Virus record (IMG/VR): IMGVR_UViG_3300018878_000121
Coordinates: 1-64,000 of that record
Length of the DNA: 64,000 nt
Origin: an uncultured virus (IMG/VR IMGVR_UViG_3300018878_000121)
Lineage: Duplodnaviria > Heunggongvirae > Uroviricota > Caudoviricetes
Reading direction: 5' to 3' (one strand)
Below the pieces are notes generated by a model that saw only the letters and a program-made list of their open reading frames with translations, ran no database searches and was not told the DNA's origin. Both the position numbers and the translations under genes were made by a program. Every line of letters starts with the position of its first letter. Positions within the stretch are counted from its first letter, which is position 1. Shown one piece after another: positions 7,435 to 17,860 of the stretch.

Positions 7435-7510
7435 ATGCTGGACACAGGATTTGAACCTATACCACTCTGTTCCTTGAGAGGATGCTAACCAATTACACCA
7501 GTCACAGCAT
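7435..7510 (-). pseudogene. Degenerate tRNA-like sequence (8-nt anticodon loop, bulged acceptor, no CCA)
   Basis: D arm GGTGT-AATTGGTTA-GCATC, CTCT-CAAGGAAC-AGAG, T arm ATAGG-TTCAAAT-CCTGT. Confidence 0.6.
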
Positions 7511-8041
7511 ATGAAATAATCTTTTTTAATTTTCTATATATATTATAACATATATTTTTTAAAAAATCAAATAAAGAACTTTATAAGTACATTGCTTCAG
7601 AATCAAACACGAGATTTTCTTCTTTACATGGAGATAACTTACTTCTTTTTTATTTAATTAGCCGTAAGCTCGCTTAAACCTTCCCCGTTTACTTGCAGCA
7701 TCAACAAGCACTAATTAAATTAAGAGTGTAAAACTACTCTAATAAGAAATATTATCTTGGTTTTTCATCCGCAGAGAGGGAAACCTTGCAAAACCCTTGC
7801 GCGCAATCGGCTTTTATCCGGCACACCCAGCCCTAAACAGCCACAAAACGTCTGGGGTAAAAATCAACTTAGTTTTCTCTAAACTATTTGGCTATTACCA
7901 TCCTGCTGTAAAGTATTGATTTTAATTTATGTTTCGCAAGATTCACAACTGCGAAAAGGGTAATTCTTTCTCTTCGGACGCTACCCTGTAATGCCCAGCA
8001 CGGCAGTTTAATGACTCCATCCGCTGTCATTAAATTTTTTT

Positions 8042-8326
8042 TTATTCACGTTCAATAGAAGTAATACCAAAAATTAATTTAAAAGCTTTATACGCATAAT
8101 CATATTTACTAGCATAGATTTCATCAACAGCTTCTTCTGCCGCACATTCATCTTCTGCTTGCGCTTCAATCTCTTGAATTTCTTCTTCTATATTAGGATA
8201 AAGTTCAAAAAATAAAATATCACTAAAATCATCACTATTAATTGTTCTTTCCAATACTTTAATAAAAGCATTTCTCCATTTTTCTAAAGAAATTCCACCA
8301 ACAATTACATTAGTATTATTTGTCAT
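8042..8326 (-). CDS. hypothetical acidic protein
   Basis: Own promoter and AAGGA RBS. Confidence 0.7.
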   Translation of the reverse strand: MTNNTNVIVGGISLEKWRNAFIKVLERTINSDDFSDILFFELYPNIEEEIQEIEAQAEDECAAEEAVDEIYASKYDYAYKAFKLIFGITSIERE

Positions 8327-8397
8327 ATTTTATTTCCTTTCTTAATTTTCTATAAATATTATAACATATTTTTTATAAAAAATCAAATTAAGATTTT

Positions 8398-8474
8398 TGG
8401 TACAGGTGAAGGGACTTGAACCCTTACATTTTAGTTCCTAAGACTAACGCCTATGCCAATTCGGCTACACCTGC
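8398..8474 (-). tRNA. tRNA-Leu(TAG) with short variable loop
   Basis: TTAGT-CTTAGGA-ACTAA, Leu-type D arm, 5-nt variable loop, ACCA. Confidence 0.88.
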
Positions 8475-8865
8475 TTAAATGGTGGAGAAAGATGGATATC
8501 ACACCCGTGTGCTTAACCTCTCCACTGTTGGCATATATCACACTAGCCTTAAGGTCGGCTAACCACTTATTTGTTGATTACTGGAATTTTTGTTTTTCCA
8601 ATTAGACAGTTTTCTGATAGTGATGGGACCCCTGACAAAACCCATTTCCTGCCTTCCTTATGGAACGCCACGTCCGGAGTAGGACCTTGTAGCGAAACTG
8701 CTACACACGCTTGAGGGCGTTGGTGATGGTTATTGTTGTATGGGCTTACCATCATATCCCAGTTGATGCTTCTAACCACTACGCACCGGAACCGTCGGTT
8801 GTCTTTCCAACTGTCTAGCTTTTTTGATAGCACTAAGTCTATCTTACTCCTTCGCTAAGGGAGAT

Positions 8866-8948
8866 TGGTGCCGAATGACAGAATTGAACTGCCTCCTCCC
8901 GCAACGCATTCAGCGGGCCTGCAAGTGCTACCATTACACCAATACGGC
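8866..8948 (-). ncRNA. Aberrant tRNA-like RNA (extra 7-nt D/anticodon connector, 10-nt loop)
   Basis: GCCGTAT/ATTCGGC-ACCA, normal D and T arms, CCCGC-TGAATGCGTT-GCGGG. Confidence 0.65.
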
Positions 8949-9269
8949 ATACATGAACAAGCAAACGGACAAAATCTTGTTCTGAGAGATTACGCACTCT
9001 CTTTTAGCAAGGCTTTATGTACACTATCCTTTACTTTAACTTCCTCTTTTAGCGTTTTATAATAAGGCTGTTCATCTCACTCCATTTACTACAGCTGCTG
9101 TGGCTTTCAACCATATGGTCCTTCATTAAGTCCCTCCCGCATCCCTAATAACAAGCTGTATTGGTTCACTTAATGGCTTCGTAGCACCTTATTTATTATT
9201 ATTTTTTACATATATATTATATCATATTTTTTTATAAAAATCAAATTAAAATTTTTTATTTAATTTTAC

Positions 9270-9409
9270 AAGACGATTTAATATTTTCTTTTACCTGCTC
9301 TACCAACTGAGCTATTTCTATCTGCTAAGATAGAAAGTGGGACTTGAACCCACGACCCGGGTGTTGTCAGCACATAAAAATAATTAAAATAAATTGCTGT
9401 AATCGTCTT
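9270..9409 (-). ncRNA. Circularly permuted tRNA (anticodon GAC, Val) inside CAGCAA clamp
   Basis: AAGACGATT-ACAGCAA, GTG-CTGACAA-CACCC, T arm GTGGG/CCCAC, TTTCTAT, linker, ATAGAAA, D arm GCTC-AGTTGGTA-GAGC, AATCGTCTT. Confidence 0.78.
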
Positions 9410-9598
9410 TCTTATTTTCTATAAATATTATATCATATTTTTTTATTATTTTCAAATAATAATTTTTAATCAAAATAAAAGAAATGTATTATTAATCAAA
9501 AAAGTTTTAAATTTCTTAAAAACTCTTGTCCTAAAAATTTTTATTTTTTTATCTTTTTTGATTTTCTATATATATTATATCATATTTTTTTATAAAAA

Positions 9599-10474
9599 TC
9601 AAATTAAGATTTTATTATTTAATTCATTCATTTTTTGACGAATTTCATCCTAATATTCAGGTTTTACTAAATAATATAATAATATTTCTAATAAATTTTC
9701 TTCTGATGTTAATCTACCTTCAATTTTAAAATGTTTAAATCCCATAGGTATATAAATATTTTTTATAAAATCTCTACTTATAAATAAAGGATTATTTTTA
9801 GTATATTCAAAAATACGACAAGTAGCATTTTTACATTTAAAAGGTTTAATAGATGGATCTAATACTTGTAATGAAATATTTTCATAATGCTATTTGCGAT
9901 ATTGACATCTTGGGATACAAACTGGATTTATTAAAAATTCACATTTGTGTTTATTTGGGAGCTATTTTAAAAAATCAAAATTATTATTATGATTATAATC
10001 TAAAACTACAATGTCATAATTTTTATTTAATTCATTTAACTAATCTTCTTCATTATTTAAACATTTAGTTGTAGATGATATAATTTTATAATTGGGAAAA
10101 TTTTTTCTAATATAAATTTCTAATATATTAGAAGCAAGAACTATACTATTATTTTCATTATTAAATTTTTGCAATAATGAATTACAATACGTGTCTGATA
10201 AATGCTTTTCTTCTAATAAAGAATTAGAAAATATTAAACTACAAGAAATATTATTAATTTTTAAAAATTTTAATATAAAATCTTCTGAAATAGCCGTCTA
10301 ATTGTACTAATATCTTCCACCATTCCATAACGCATTTAATGGAGCTCCATATATAGAACTTATTTCAAAATCTGAATAAAATTTTTCTGAATTATTTTTT
10401 AGTATTTGAATAAAATTCTAATAAAAATAAAATTTTTCAAATAATCCGGGTAAATGAAATTGAATTTTATTCAT
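9599..10474 (-). CDS. hypothetical protein, possibly peptidase U32-like fold (TAG read-through)
   Basis: Long frame MNKIQFHLPGLF...SIYG...WNGGR interrupted by TAG; 3' end approximate. Confidence 0.55.
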
Positions 10475-11618
10475 TATTTATCTCCCTTATATTTTCAAAC
10501 TATGTTTTATAATAATTATGAGAAAATAATTTAATCATTGATTTAATATCATAATATTGTGTTGTTGATGGAAGCTCTAAAAAAGAATTAAATAAATTTT
10601 TATATTCTTTTAAATAAAAACTATTATTTAGATCATTTTTAATAGTATTATTTTTAATTAAAACAATATTATTATCTATTAATTTAAAATTATTTTTAAT
10701 TAATTCAATAAATTCTAAAATTATTATATCTCTATCGTTACGCAATAATGAAGAAGAAATTTTTAAATTAAAATTGTAATACTTTAAAATTCCATAAATC
10801 ATAATTAATATAAACTAAAAAGTTAAATTAAAATTATTTTTTATTATTTGCTCTGAATCAAATAAAATATCAAACAATAAAAAATAAATTTTTATAATTA
10901 TATCATTATTATTTAAACAACAATCTTTTATTTCATCTAAATAATAGAATAAACAGCTTAACCATATCATCTAATCTTTTATAGTAATAAGTTTTTGCTA
11001 ATAAAAATATTCCATCCATATACAATTACTTCTAGTAAAATTTGAATTAGTTCTATAAATTCGTTGATAAAACTAATAATTTTTACAAATATAATTTGAG
11101 CTCAAAAACATTGTTATAGTTTTAAAAACAGAATCTTCACATCCATCTGTCATATAAGTAGGAAAATTTAAATTATATCTTTTTAAAAAAGAATTATTAT
11201 AAACAATACCTTGTAAAGTATCACAAGGTTCTTTTGAAGATTCTATAATATTATCAGAAGAATTTTTCTATGTAATAATAAAATCATATTTATTATCAAG
11301 CAAACACAATATATCATTAATAATTATATCATCATCATCAATAAAGGTTGTAAAATCATCTTGATTATTTTTCAATAATTTTAATGCCATATTACGAGCA
11401 TTACCAGGCCCAGAATTTTTTTCTGTTTTTAAATATAAACAATTAAAATATTGCTTATATTTTTCAATTAAATAAAGATATTCTGTTGAATATTTAGAGC
11501 AATCATCAACAACATAAACAATAATTTCTGATAAATTTGAAATATTTAATTTAATTGACTATAAACATTTTTCTAAATATTGATGATGATTAAAACAAGG
11601 AATAATAATATTTAACAT
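10467..11618 (-). CDS. Glycosyltransferase family 2 (TAG read-through)
   Basis: MLNIIIPCFN, VVDDCS, NSGPGNARN, FIDDDD motifs. Confidence 0.85.
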
Positions 11619-11626
11619 ATTTTAAA

Positions 11627-12217
11627 TCACCAATCAAAATAAATAATTTTTGATTTAGATGAAATGCCAATATTATCTGTATTGGTTATATCTAAATGCA
11701 TCTATGAACCACTAACTAATTGCTAATATTTTTTTAATATATCAAAAAAGGATTCAAAATATGGCTATAAAACTATAGTATCTAAATTATAATAGGATAT
11801 TTTTGGATTTTTTCTTTTTGCTCTTTCTATCAAATCATTACTATAATTATAACTATTAAATAAATTAATTATATAAGAAGGAGCTAAATTAAAAATATGC
11901 TTCTAATTTAACTCTAATATTTTTTCTCTTTTCAATTTTAAAAAATTTTTATTAAGTTTATTTATAAATTTAATTACATAAGTATTATTTATTATAAATA
12001 CTTCTGCTTGAGAACCTTTATTTACTTTTTCATAATTACCATTAAAAAAACATGTATTAATTTCTTTTTCATTTTCTAAAAAATTAATTAGCTATGGATA
12101 AATATTATTTACAAAATCTTGCTAAATAAATTCATCAAACTAACAATTCTAACTCATATCATTAAAAGCTTCAAGAATCTAATCCTAATTATATTCTTTC
12201 CAAACATTAAATTCCAA
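11627..12217 (-). CDS. Minimal protein-kinase/APH-like phosphotransferase (TAG read-through)
   Basis: GSQAEVF..YVIKF N-lobe and HLDITNTDNI..IYFDW catalytic motifs; TTG start. Confidence 0.55.
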
Positions 12218-12541
12218 TTATAACCCCAACCTTTCCATTAAATTATCAATATTTTTCTTTTCTTCCTCAGAAATTTCTCTTGTTTCTTTAGCAAATTCAA
12301 TCGGTCCAGCAGACATATTCTCAAAATCTAAACTATTACCCGGTTCCGCATTATAATTTACTTTATTAGCTTCTCCAATAGGGGTTTTAGGACAAGTCAT
12401 GGAAATAGCAACTTGAACTTTTTCTCCACCATCATCAGCCCACACATATAATTTCTTATCAAATTCTCCGACAAAATTTTCACCAAATACTTCAGCAATT
12501 TTTCTTGCAATATTTTCTTTAGCAATACTACCCTTTGGCAT
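12218..12541 (-). CDS. hypothetical protein
   Basis: 107-aa ORF abutting its neighbours. Confidence 0.75.
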   Translation of the reverse strand: MPKGSIAKENIARKIAEVFGENFVGEFDKKLYVWADDGGEKVQVAISMTCPKTPIGEANKVNYNAEPGNSLDFENMSAGPIEFAKETREISEEEKKNIDNLMERLGL

Positions 12542-12543
12542 AA

Positions 12544-13719
12544 TTAATTCTTCCTTTCTCTCAAATCATAATTATATAAATAATCCCCAATACAGTCATC
12601 ACATACCATAACATCTGAATGATTAATAGCATTCTTGCCGCAAATCAAACAAGGTACAGAAGCTCCAATCACAAATCTAGTATTTTCACTTATCATAGGA
12701 ACAGAGCCAAAAGTTAAATATGAATATACTGGATCATAATAAGATGAATCTAAAATATCATTAAAATGATATGTCATAGAACCATTTTTAATTAAATCAT
12801 TTAAATCAATTAATTTACCTTGTCCTGCATAAATGTGCGGATTTATATCAAAAATATCACCATTGATATTAAATTTTGTAATTTTATCATCACACCATTC
12901 GCAATAATGACAGCTATGATTAGAATTTGAATAAAATCCAGCAGAAGATAATAAATTAGAAATAATAAAATCTAATGCTCGTTTACATCCATAAGGATAA
13001 GACCTTCCCGCAAATATCATACGCCAATCATTTGAAAAGAAAAGTAATGTTCGCCATTTCTTAGAATTCCAAGAGAACGAAAACGCAGGAAGAATTTCTT
13101 CTTTTTCAGATTTAATATAACAAACTATAGTAGAATAATCTACCATATAATTTAAATTGCCAGTGCGGTGCTCACCATCAAGCGCATGACAGGAACGCCA
13201 ATTATGAGTATTTTCACTTACAGATAAATAATCTAAAGGATGAACTGATAAACACATATATCCTTCAACTTTATCTAACTGAATAATTTGACTTGCTAAA
13301 TCTTGTAATTCAGCAAGAAATTCTTTATCATTAATAAAATATTTAAATGCTTTAATTAATTTTGTCCCTTTAGTAATAATTTCTCCGGTAGGCGTTTCAT
13401 AATCTTCTGATACAACATTACTAAAGAAACTTTTTTTCATTGTATATACAAAATCTGCCAAATCTTCTACTTCATAATAGTCATATAATTTACAAATGAA
13501 GTCTTCTAATTTCATCTTCTTTTGGCTTGCCTCAAGAGTAAATGAAACCTTTTCTGGATATTGATAAATTAAATTACCACCCATAACTTCAATAAAATCT
13601 CTTTTAGCATTTAACCAAATTTCAAACAGTTCATCAACTTGCGGATTTTCAATCCCTTGCGATACACGAATAGCAATTTTAAATTGCTCTTTAATTTCAT
13701 TAATATTAAAATTAGCCAT
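12544..13719 (-). CDS. Conserved phage protein (LSVHPLDY..SEN..WRSC family), C-terminal Zn ribbon
   Basis: Paralogous motif to 16203-17777; start taken at MANF. Confidence 0.75.
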   Translation of the reverse strand: MANFNINEIKEQFKIAIRVSQGIENPQVDELFEIWLNAKRDFIEVMGGNLIYQYPEKVSFTLEASQKKMKLEDFICKLYDYYEVEDLADFVYTMKKSFFSNVVSEDYETPTGEIITKGTKLIKAFKYFINDKEFLAELQDLASQIIQLDKVEGYMCLSVHPLDYLSVSENTHNWRSCHALDGEHRTGNLNYMVDYSTIVCYIKSEKEEILPAFSFSWNSKKWRTLLFFSNDWRMIFAGRSYPYGCKRALDFIISNLLSSAGFYSNSNHSCHYCEWCDDKITKFNINGDIFDINPHIYAGQGKLIDLNDLIKNGSMTYHFNDILDSSYYDPVYSYLTFGSVPMISENTRFVIGASVPCLICGKNAINHSDVMVCDDCIGDYLYNYDLRERKN

Positions 13720-14704
13720 TCTTTTTCTTCTCCTTGCGACAGATAAAGCATTTAATCTCATTCGGATTTTTTCCATCAATTTCAAAAGGTTCACCACACT
13801 CCGCACACCATCTCACATTATTAGAAACGCAATCAGGACAAAACATTTTTGTTTCAGTTTTTGATGTATGAATAGGAAACAATTCATATTCAAGAAATGT
13901 TTTCTTACATTTTGCGCAATTTACCCATTCATCAGCAAAATCAAAATTTTTAGTTGCCATAGCCAATGTTGCTAATTTGCCATAAGAATACTGATTTGGA
14001 ATATAATCATATGGGATAATTACATTATTAATATCTTTAAGCATATTAATAACACGATTAATAGTTTTATACATTGGATGAATGTGTAAAGTTTCACTAT
14101 AAGAATGTTCATCTTGATAACCGATAGAAAGATTTACACCAGCAATTTTCCAAGCAGGACAAATCTCACTAATATCAGAAAAACTTCCCCAAGCTTCTAC
14201 AAATCCAAAAGACTCAACATACTGGATAAATAACTGATTATCGCAATCATAAAATACGCAATCAACTACTCCTCTGCGGTCAAGCTCAATAATATATTTC
14301 ATTTCCGCAAAAGGCTTTGGATGTTCAGTAATTAAAGCCGTAGCACCTTTACCACCGACCTCTTCATCCATGGTAAAAATAACGTGCGGCTTGTAGCCTT
14401 GACGAACAATTTTTAAAATAGCAAATACACCAGCCCTATCATCGGCACCAAGTCCCTGCGGACTCCACAATACACCTTTGCGCGAATCATAATAAATATC
14501 AGAGGGCTGGGTGCTATAAACCGTATCTAAATGTGCTACCAGTGCGACCGGGATATCTCCAACCGCATATACATATTCTTTTGTCGCAATGACTTGTTTA
14601 TATTCTTTTTGAAGGAATGTCATCATAGTTTTCAATAGAACTTTATCAGACATTTTAAGTAAATGCGTAATTAAACGATAATCTTGTTTATTTAATACTT
14701 CCAT
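13712..14704 (-). CDS. Zn-dependent M28/M20-family peptidase with C-terminal Zn fingers
   Basis: AHLDTV, GLGADDRAGV, DEEVGG, ELDRRG, EH motifs. Confidence 0.85.
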   Translation of the reverse strand: MEVLNKQDYRLITHLLKMSDKVLLKTMMTFLQKEYKQVIATKEYVYAVGDIPVALVAHLDTVYSTQPSDIYYDSRKGVLWSPQGLGADDRAGVFAILKIVRQGYKPHVIFTMDEEVGGKGATALITEHPKPFAEMKYIIELDRRGVVDCVFYDCDNQLFIQYVESFGFVEAWGSFSDISEICPAWKIAGVNLSIGYQDEHSYSETLHIHPMYKTINRVINMLKDINNVIIPYDYIPNQYSYGKLATLAMATKNFDFADEWVNCAKCKKTFLEYELFPIHTSKTETKMFCPDCVSNNVRWCAECGEPFEIDGKNPNEIKCFICRKEKKKNG

Positions 14705-14770
14705 ATACTCACCATTTTCATTATTTTTATTTTATATAAATATTATATCATATTTTTTATATAAAATCAA

Positions 14771-15574
14771 TTAATTTTCTTTCATTTTCTCTATATCCAT
14801 ATTCACTTTAACATTATGAATTTTTTTAACCAATTCTGCGTATTTAAACACAGTTTCACAATGATGACAAGTATTATGCGACATACAGCGCTGGCCGCAA
14901 TTCATTCTTCTAATTGCCAAGTCTTCTGGAATTAATCTATTATCAATATTAAAGTTTAAATTTGTAAATAAAAGATTTAAATTTCCAGGATATGATTCAT
15001 TGTCTTTATAAATGTGGAATAATGTAGCTTCTTTTTCTATATCATCTCGTGTAAAAAATTCTAAAGTATCAACATATTTTTCATAATTCTTTACATCTTC
15101 TGGGCGTATCCAACTGCCATAAATACCATTTTCTTTTGGAATATAACTATCATAAGCAATGTTAGCAAATATTCTAATTGGGATATCAGTAATCTTTTTT
15201 ACATTTTCCAAATCAAAAGATAATGGCGCCTCAAGGATAATATAGCACGGTTTTTGTGCTATTAAGCTACGCAATTCATAATAAGTAAATACAGGATAAT
15301 CCCAATAGAAAGGAATATTGTAATTGCGGCAATATTCTGCTAAATACATATCTTTAATTGCTAACTTAAAATTAGCAGTGTCCGCATATTTTTGGAATAA
15401 TGACCATTCACAATCTCTATTGGAACAATTTTTTGGAATTTCTAATATAAAAGATTTATCTGGATAATCTTCAATATAATTCTTTAATCTTGCGATGTCA
15501 TTTAATCTTACTTTAATTTCATCGGCTTTTTCTAAAACCTGTCTTGACTATCTATTGGAAATACAATATTTCAT
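14771..15574 (-). CDS. hypothetical protein (TAG at codon 9)
   Basis: Extends in frame to ATG 15574 behind a GGAGAG RBS and promoter. Confidence 0.7.
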
Positions 15575-15674
15575 AGTTCTCACTCTCCTTTATTATATTA
15601 TACACTATATTTTTCTTTTTGTCAAATTTTATTATAAAACAAAAAAGCCCTTGCGGGCTTAATTGTTTTATTTA

Positions 15675-16112
15675 TTACTGCTCAGTGGGAGTTTCGCCTT
15701 CAACTGCGATACGATAAGCCATAATACGTCTGGACTTACCATCGCCATCCTTAACAGAAATTTCTTCCTTCTCAGCAAAACCTGCCTTAACAAGCTGGCT
15801 CAGACGATAAGAAACCTTGCTTACAGTAATATCCTCACCTTCAATGCGAGCTGCGATATCTGCGATAGCCTCAAACTCGTTAGTAAGAACTTCCTTAATT
15901 ACCGCAGTCAGCGGGTCCTCAGTCTTCTTCTTTGCCGCGGTCTCCTTAGCCTTGGCAGCCTTCTTATCAAGCAACGCAATCTCGTTATCGCAGAATTCAA
16001 CTACCATTTCATCGGTTACACCCTCTGCGAAATCCTCAATGTGCATGTTGCCATCCAGAGCCATAGCCTTGAAAGCCTCAAAGAAATCTCTCTTAACAAT
16101 CTTCTTTTCCAT
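15675..16112 (-). CDS. Putative winged-helix DNA-binding protein
   Basis: Paralog of 29448-29846 and 33558-33947 (KRD.F...E..LL.KK...KV...L.QLV..G). Confidence 0.65.
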   Translation of the reverse strand: MEKKIVKRDFFEAFKAMALDGNMHIEDFAEGVTDEMVVEFCDNEIALLDKKAAKAKETAAKKKTEDPLTAVIKEVLTNEFEAIADIAARIEGEDITVSKVSYRLSQLVKAGFAEKEEISVKDGDGKSRRIMAYRIAVEGETPTEQ

Positions 16113-16202
16113 AATTAAATACCTTAACCTTTCATAATTTATATTGTTTTTTTATTTTGTATATATATTATATAATATTTTTTTAAAAAAGTCAAATATG
16201 TT

Positions 16203-17777
16203 TTAATAGTTTACAATAAAATCTTTATTATATTTGATAAATTCTTCTTTATCATCATATCCAATTTCATTTAAAACAGCTAAACTCAAATCATCTAATA
16301 AAACATATTCAACACTACGCCAATGATTTATTTTCTTCTTATGAATTGTATATTTATCATAACAATTATAACAAAGAGTAACATACTGTGCAGTAAGTTT
16401 ATCATGGTCAATTGCGATTTTTACAACTACCATATTGTCAGAGAAATGACAATCGCCGCATTCATCACAACTACAAGTGTTATCATAGCAGCAACTACAA
16501 ACAATTTCTCCATCTACTTCATACCATTCATCATTTGAGTAAATTGTTTCTCCACAATGACTACAAATTCTAACATTATTACAGTCATCACAAAGTAAAT
16601 TGTAATTTTCAGAAAAATGTGCTACATCCTTGCCGCAACACATACAGATTAATTCACCAGAATAGGAAGTAGTAATATCTGTATCGTGAATATTTTTATT
16701 TAAATAAACATAATGCAGACAAGTGTAAAAATCATTATACATATTATTAGTATAAAAATGAAGATTTACTCTATGACCAGTTTCCGCAATAATATTATCA
16801 TCTTTCCATGAACTAAATTGACATTTTTTAGAAGAATATGCGTCTGCCCCAGCAATTTCTTTAAGCCAATCAAGACAAGTAAAAGTTAATGATTCATTCG
16901 CATAAGGATATGGTTTTACACTACAAATCATATTTTCATTAACAATGAAAAGTTCTCTCCACTTTTTATTAGACCAGAGATATTCATCAGAAGAATAGGT
17001 AAATGTCATAGGAGTACTTGCGGCAAGATATGCTACAACTACCATCGGAGAATTCATCATTTCAATGGTGCCGCATCTATAATCTCCCTTATTATCCCAG
17101 CTCATACAACTTTCCCAATTACTATCATTATCACTCATGGTCATATAATCAAGAGGATGAATAGAAAGACAAAGCTTTCCTTTAACTTCTTTCTGGTTAA
17201 GAATCATAGAGTGCGCAATACGGAATTCTTCATAATTAGGAAGATTATAAGCTGTCGCAATCTTACCAAGCATTTTACTAACTTTACAGCCAGGATTCAT
17301 CTGAATAAATCTTCCATCAGGAGTAGGAATATTAAAGTTTTTATCACCATTCCAAGTATTAACAGCAAGATTATCAGACCACATCAATTCACGCACAACA
17401 TCATACTCCTTAAGAGGACAAGTTGTTTCAAAATCAGAATAACGCCATTTATAAAATAATTCATTAAATGCTTGAGTAAAGTTTTTTATTTCTACAGTAG
17501 GATTCTCAAACATTACATTTTCAACTTCTTCAATAAGCATATCATAAGATTTCTCAAATTTAATTTCTTTTTCAAGAATTAATTTGTTACCAAATTTTTC
17601 AAATAGCCATTGTTTATTATGGTTCCAATAACGAAGAAGATGAACCATATCACAAATTTCTTTTACTTCATCATCAAAAGCATTTTCCTGAATGCGGAAA
17701 TACATCATATCAATTTCATTAGTTGTAAGTGATTCGTAAGGATAAGAATTCATATATCTCACACTTTCTTTTCTCAT
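16203..17777 (-). CDS. Conserved phage protein (LSIHPLDY..SDN..WESC family) with Cys-rich C-terminus
   Basis: 524-aa ORF with many CxxC motifs. Confidence 0.8.
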   Translation of the reverse strand: MRKESVRYMNSYPYESLTTNEIDMMYFRIQENAFDDEVKEICDMVHLLRYWNHNKQWLFEKFGNKLILEKEIKFEKSYDMLIEEVENVMFENPTVEIKNFTQAFNELFYKWRYSDFETTCPLKEYDVVRELMWSDNLAVNTWNGDKNFNIPTPDGRFIQMNPGCKVSKMLGKIATAYNLPNYEEFRIAHSMILNQKEVKGKLCLSIHPLDYMTMSDNDSNWESCMSWDNKGDYRCGTIEMMNSPMVVVAYLAASTPMTFTYSSDEYLWSNKKWRELFIVNENMICSVKPYPYANESLTFTCLDWLKEIAGADAYSSKKCQFSSWKDDNIIAETGHRVNLHFYTNNMYNDFYTCLHYVYLNKNIHDTDITTSYSGELICMCCGKDVAHFSENYNLLCDDCNNVRICSHCGETIYSNDEWYEVDGEIVCSCCYDNTCSCDECGDCHFSDNMVVVKIAIDHDKLTAQYVTLCYNCYDKYTIHKKKINHWRSVEYVLLDDLSLAVLNEIGYDDKEEFIKYNKDFIVNY

Positions 17778-17860
17778 TTTTTATTTTCTATAAATATTAT
17801 ATCATATTTTTTTATAAAAATCAAGTAAGCCCTTATGAATTACTCATAAGGGCTTATTTT

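Noticed and set aside
8398..8474. Amber suppressor tRNA
   Set aside because: Anticodon is 5'-TAG-3' (reads CTA, Leu), not CTA; no CTA-anticodon tRNA was found in this window
8480..8865. Standard tmRNA or RNase P RNA
   Set aside because: CTCCACCA end pairs locally, with no T-loop, no G3:U70 5' partner, no tag ORF, and no GAGGAAAGTCC signature
17..9062. Short ORFs overlapping tRNA genes (e.g. 17-289, 1343-1555, 3192-3419, 4870-5151, 5228-5479)
   Set aside because: They are translations of tRNA sequence with no RBS
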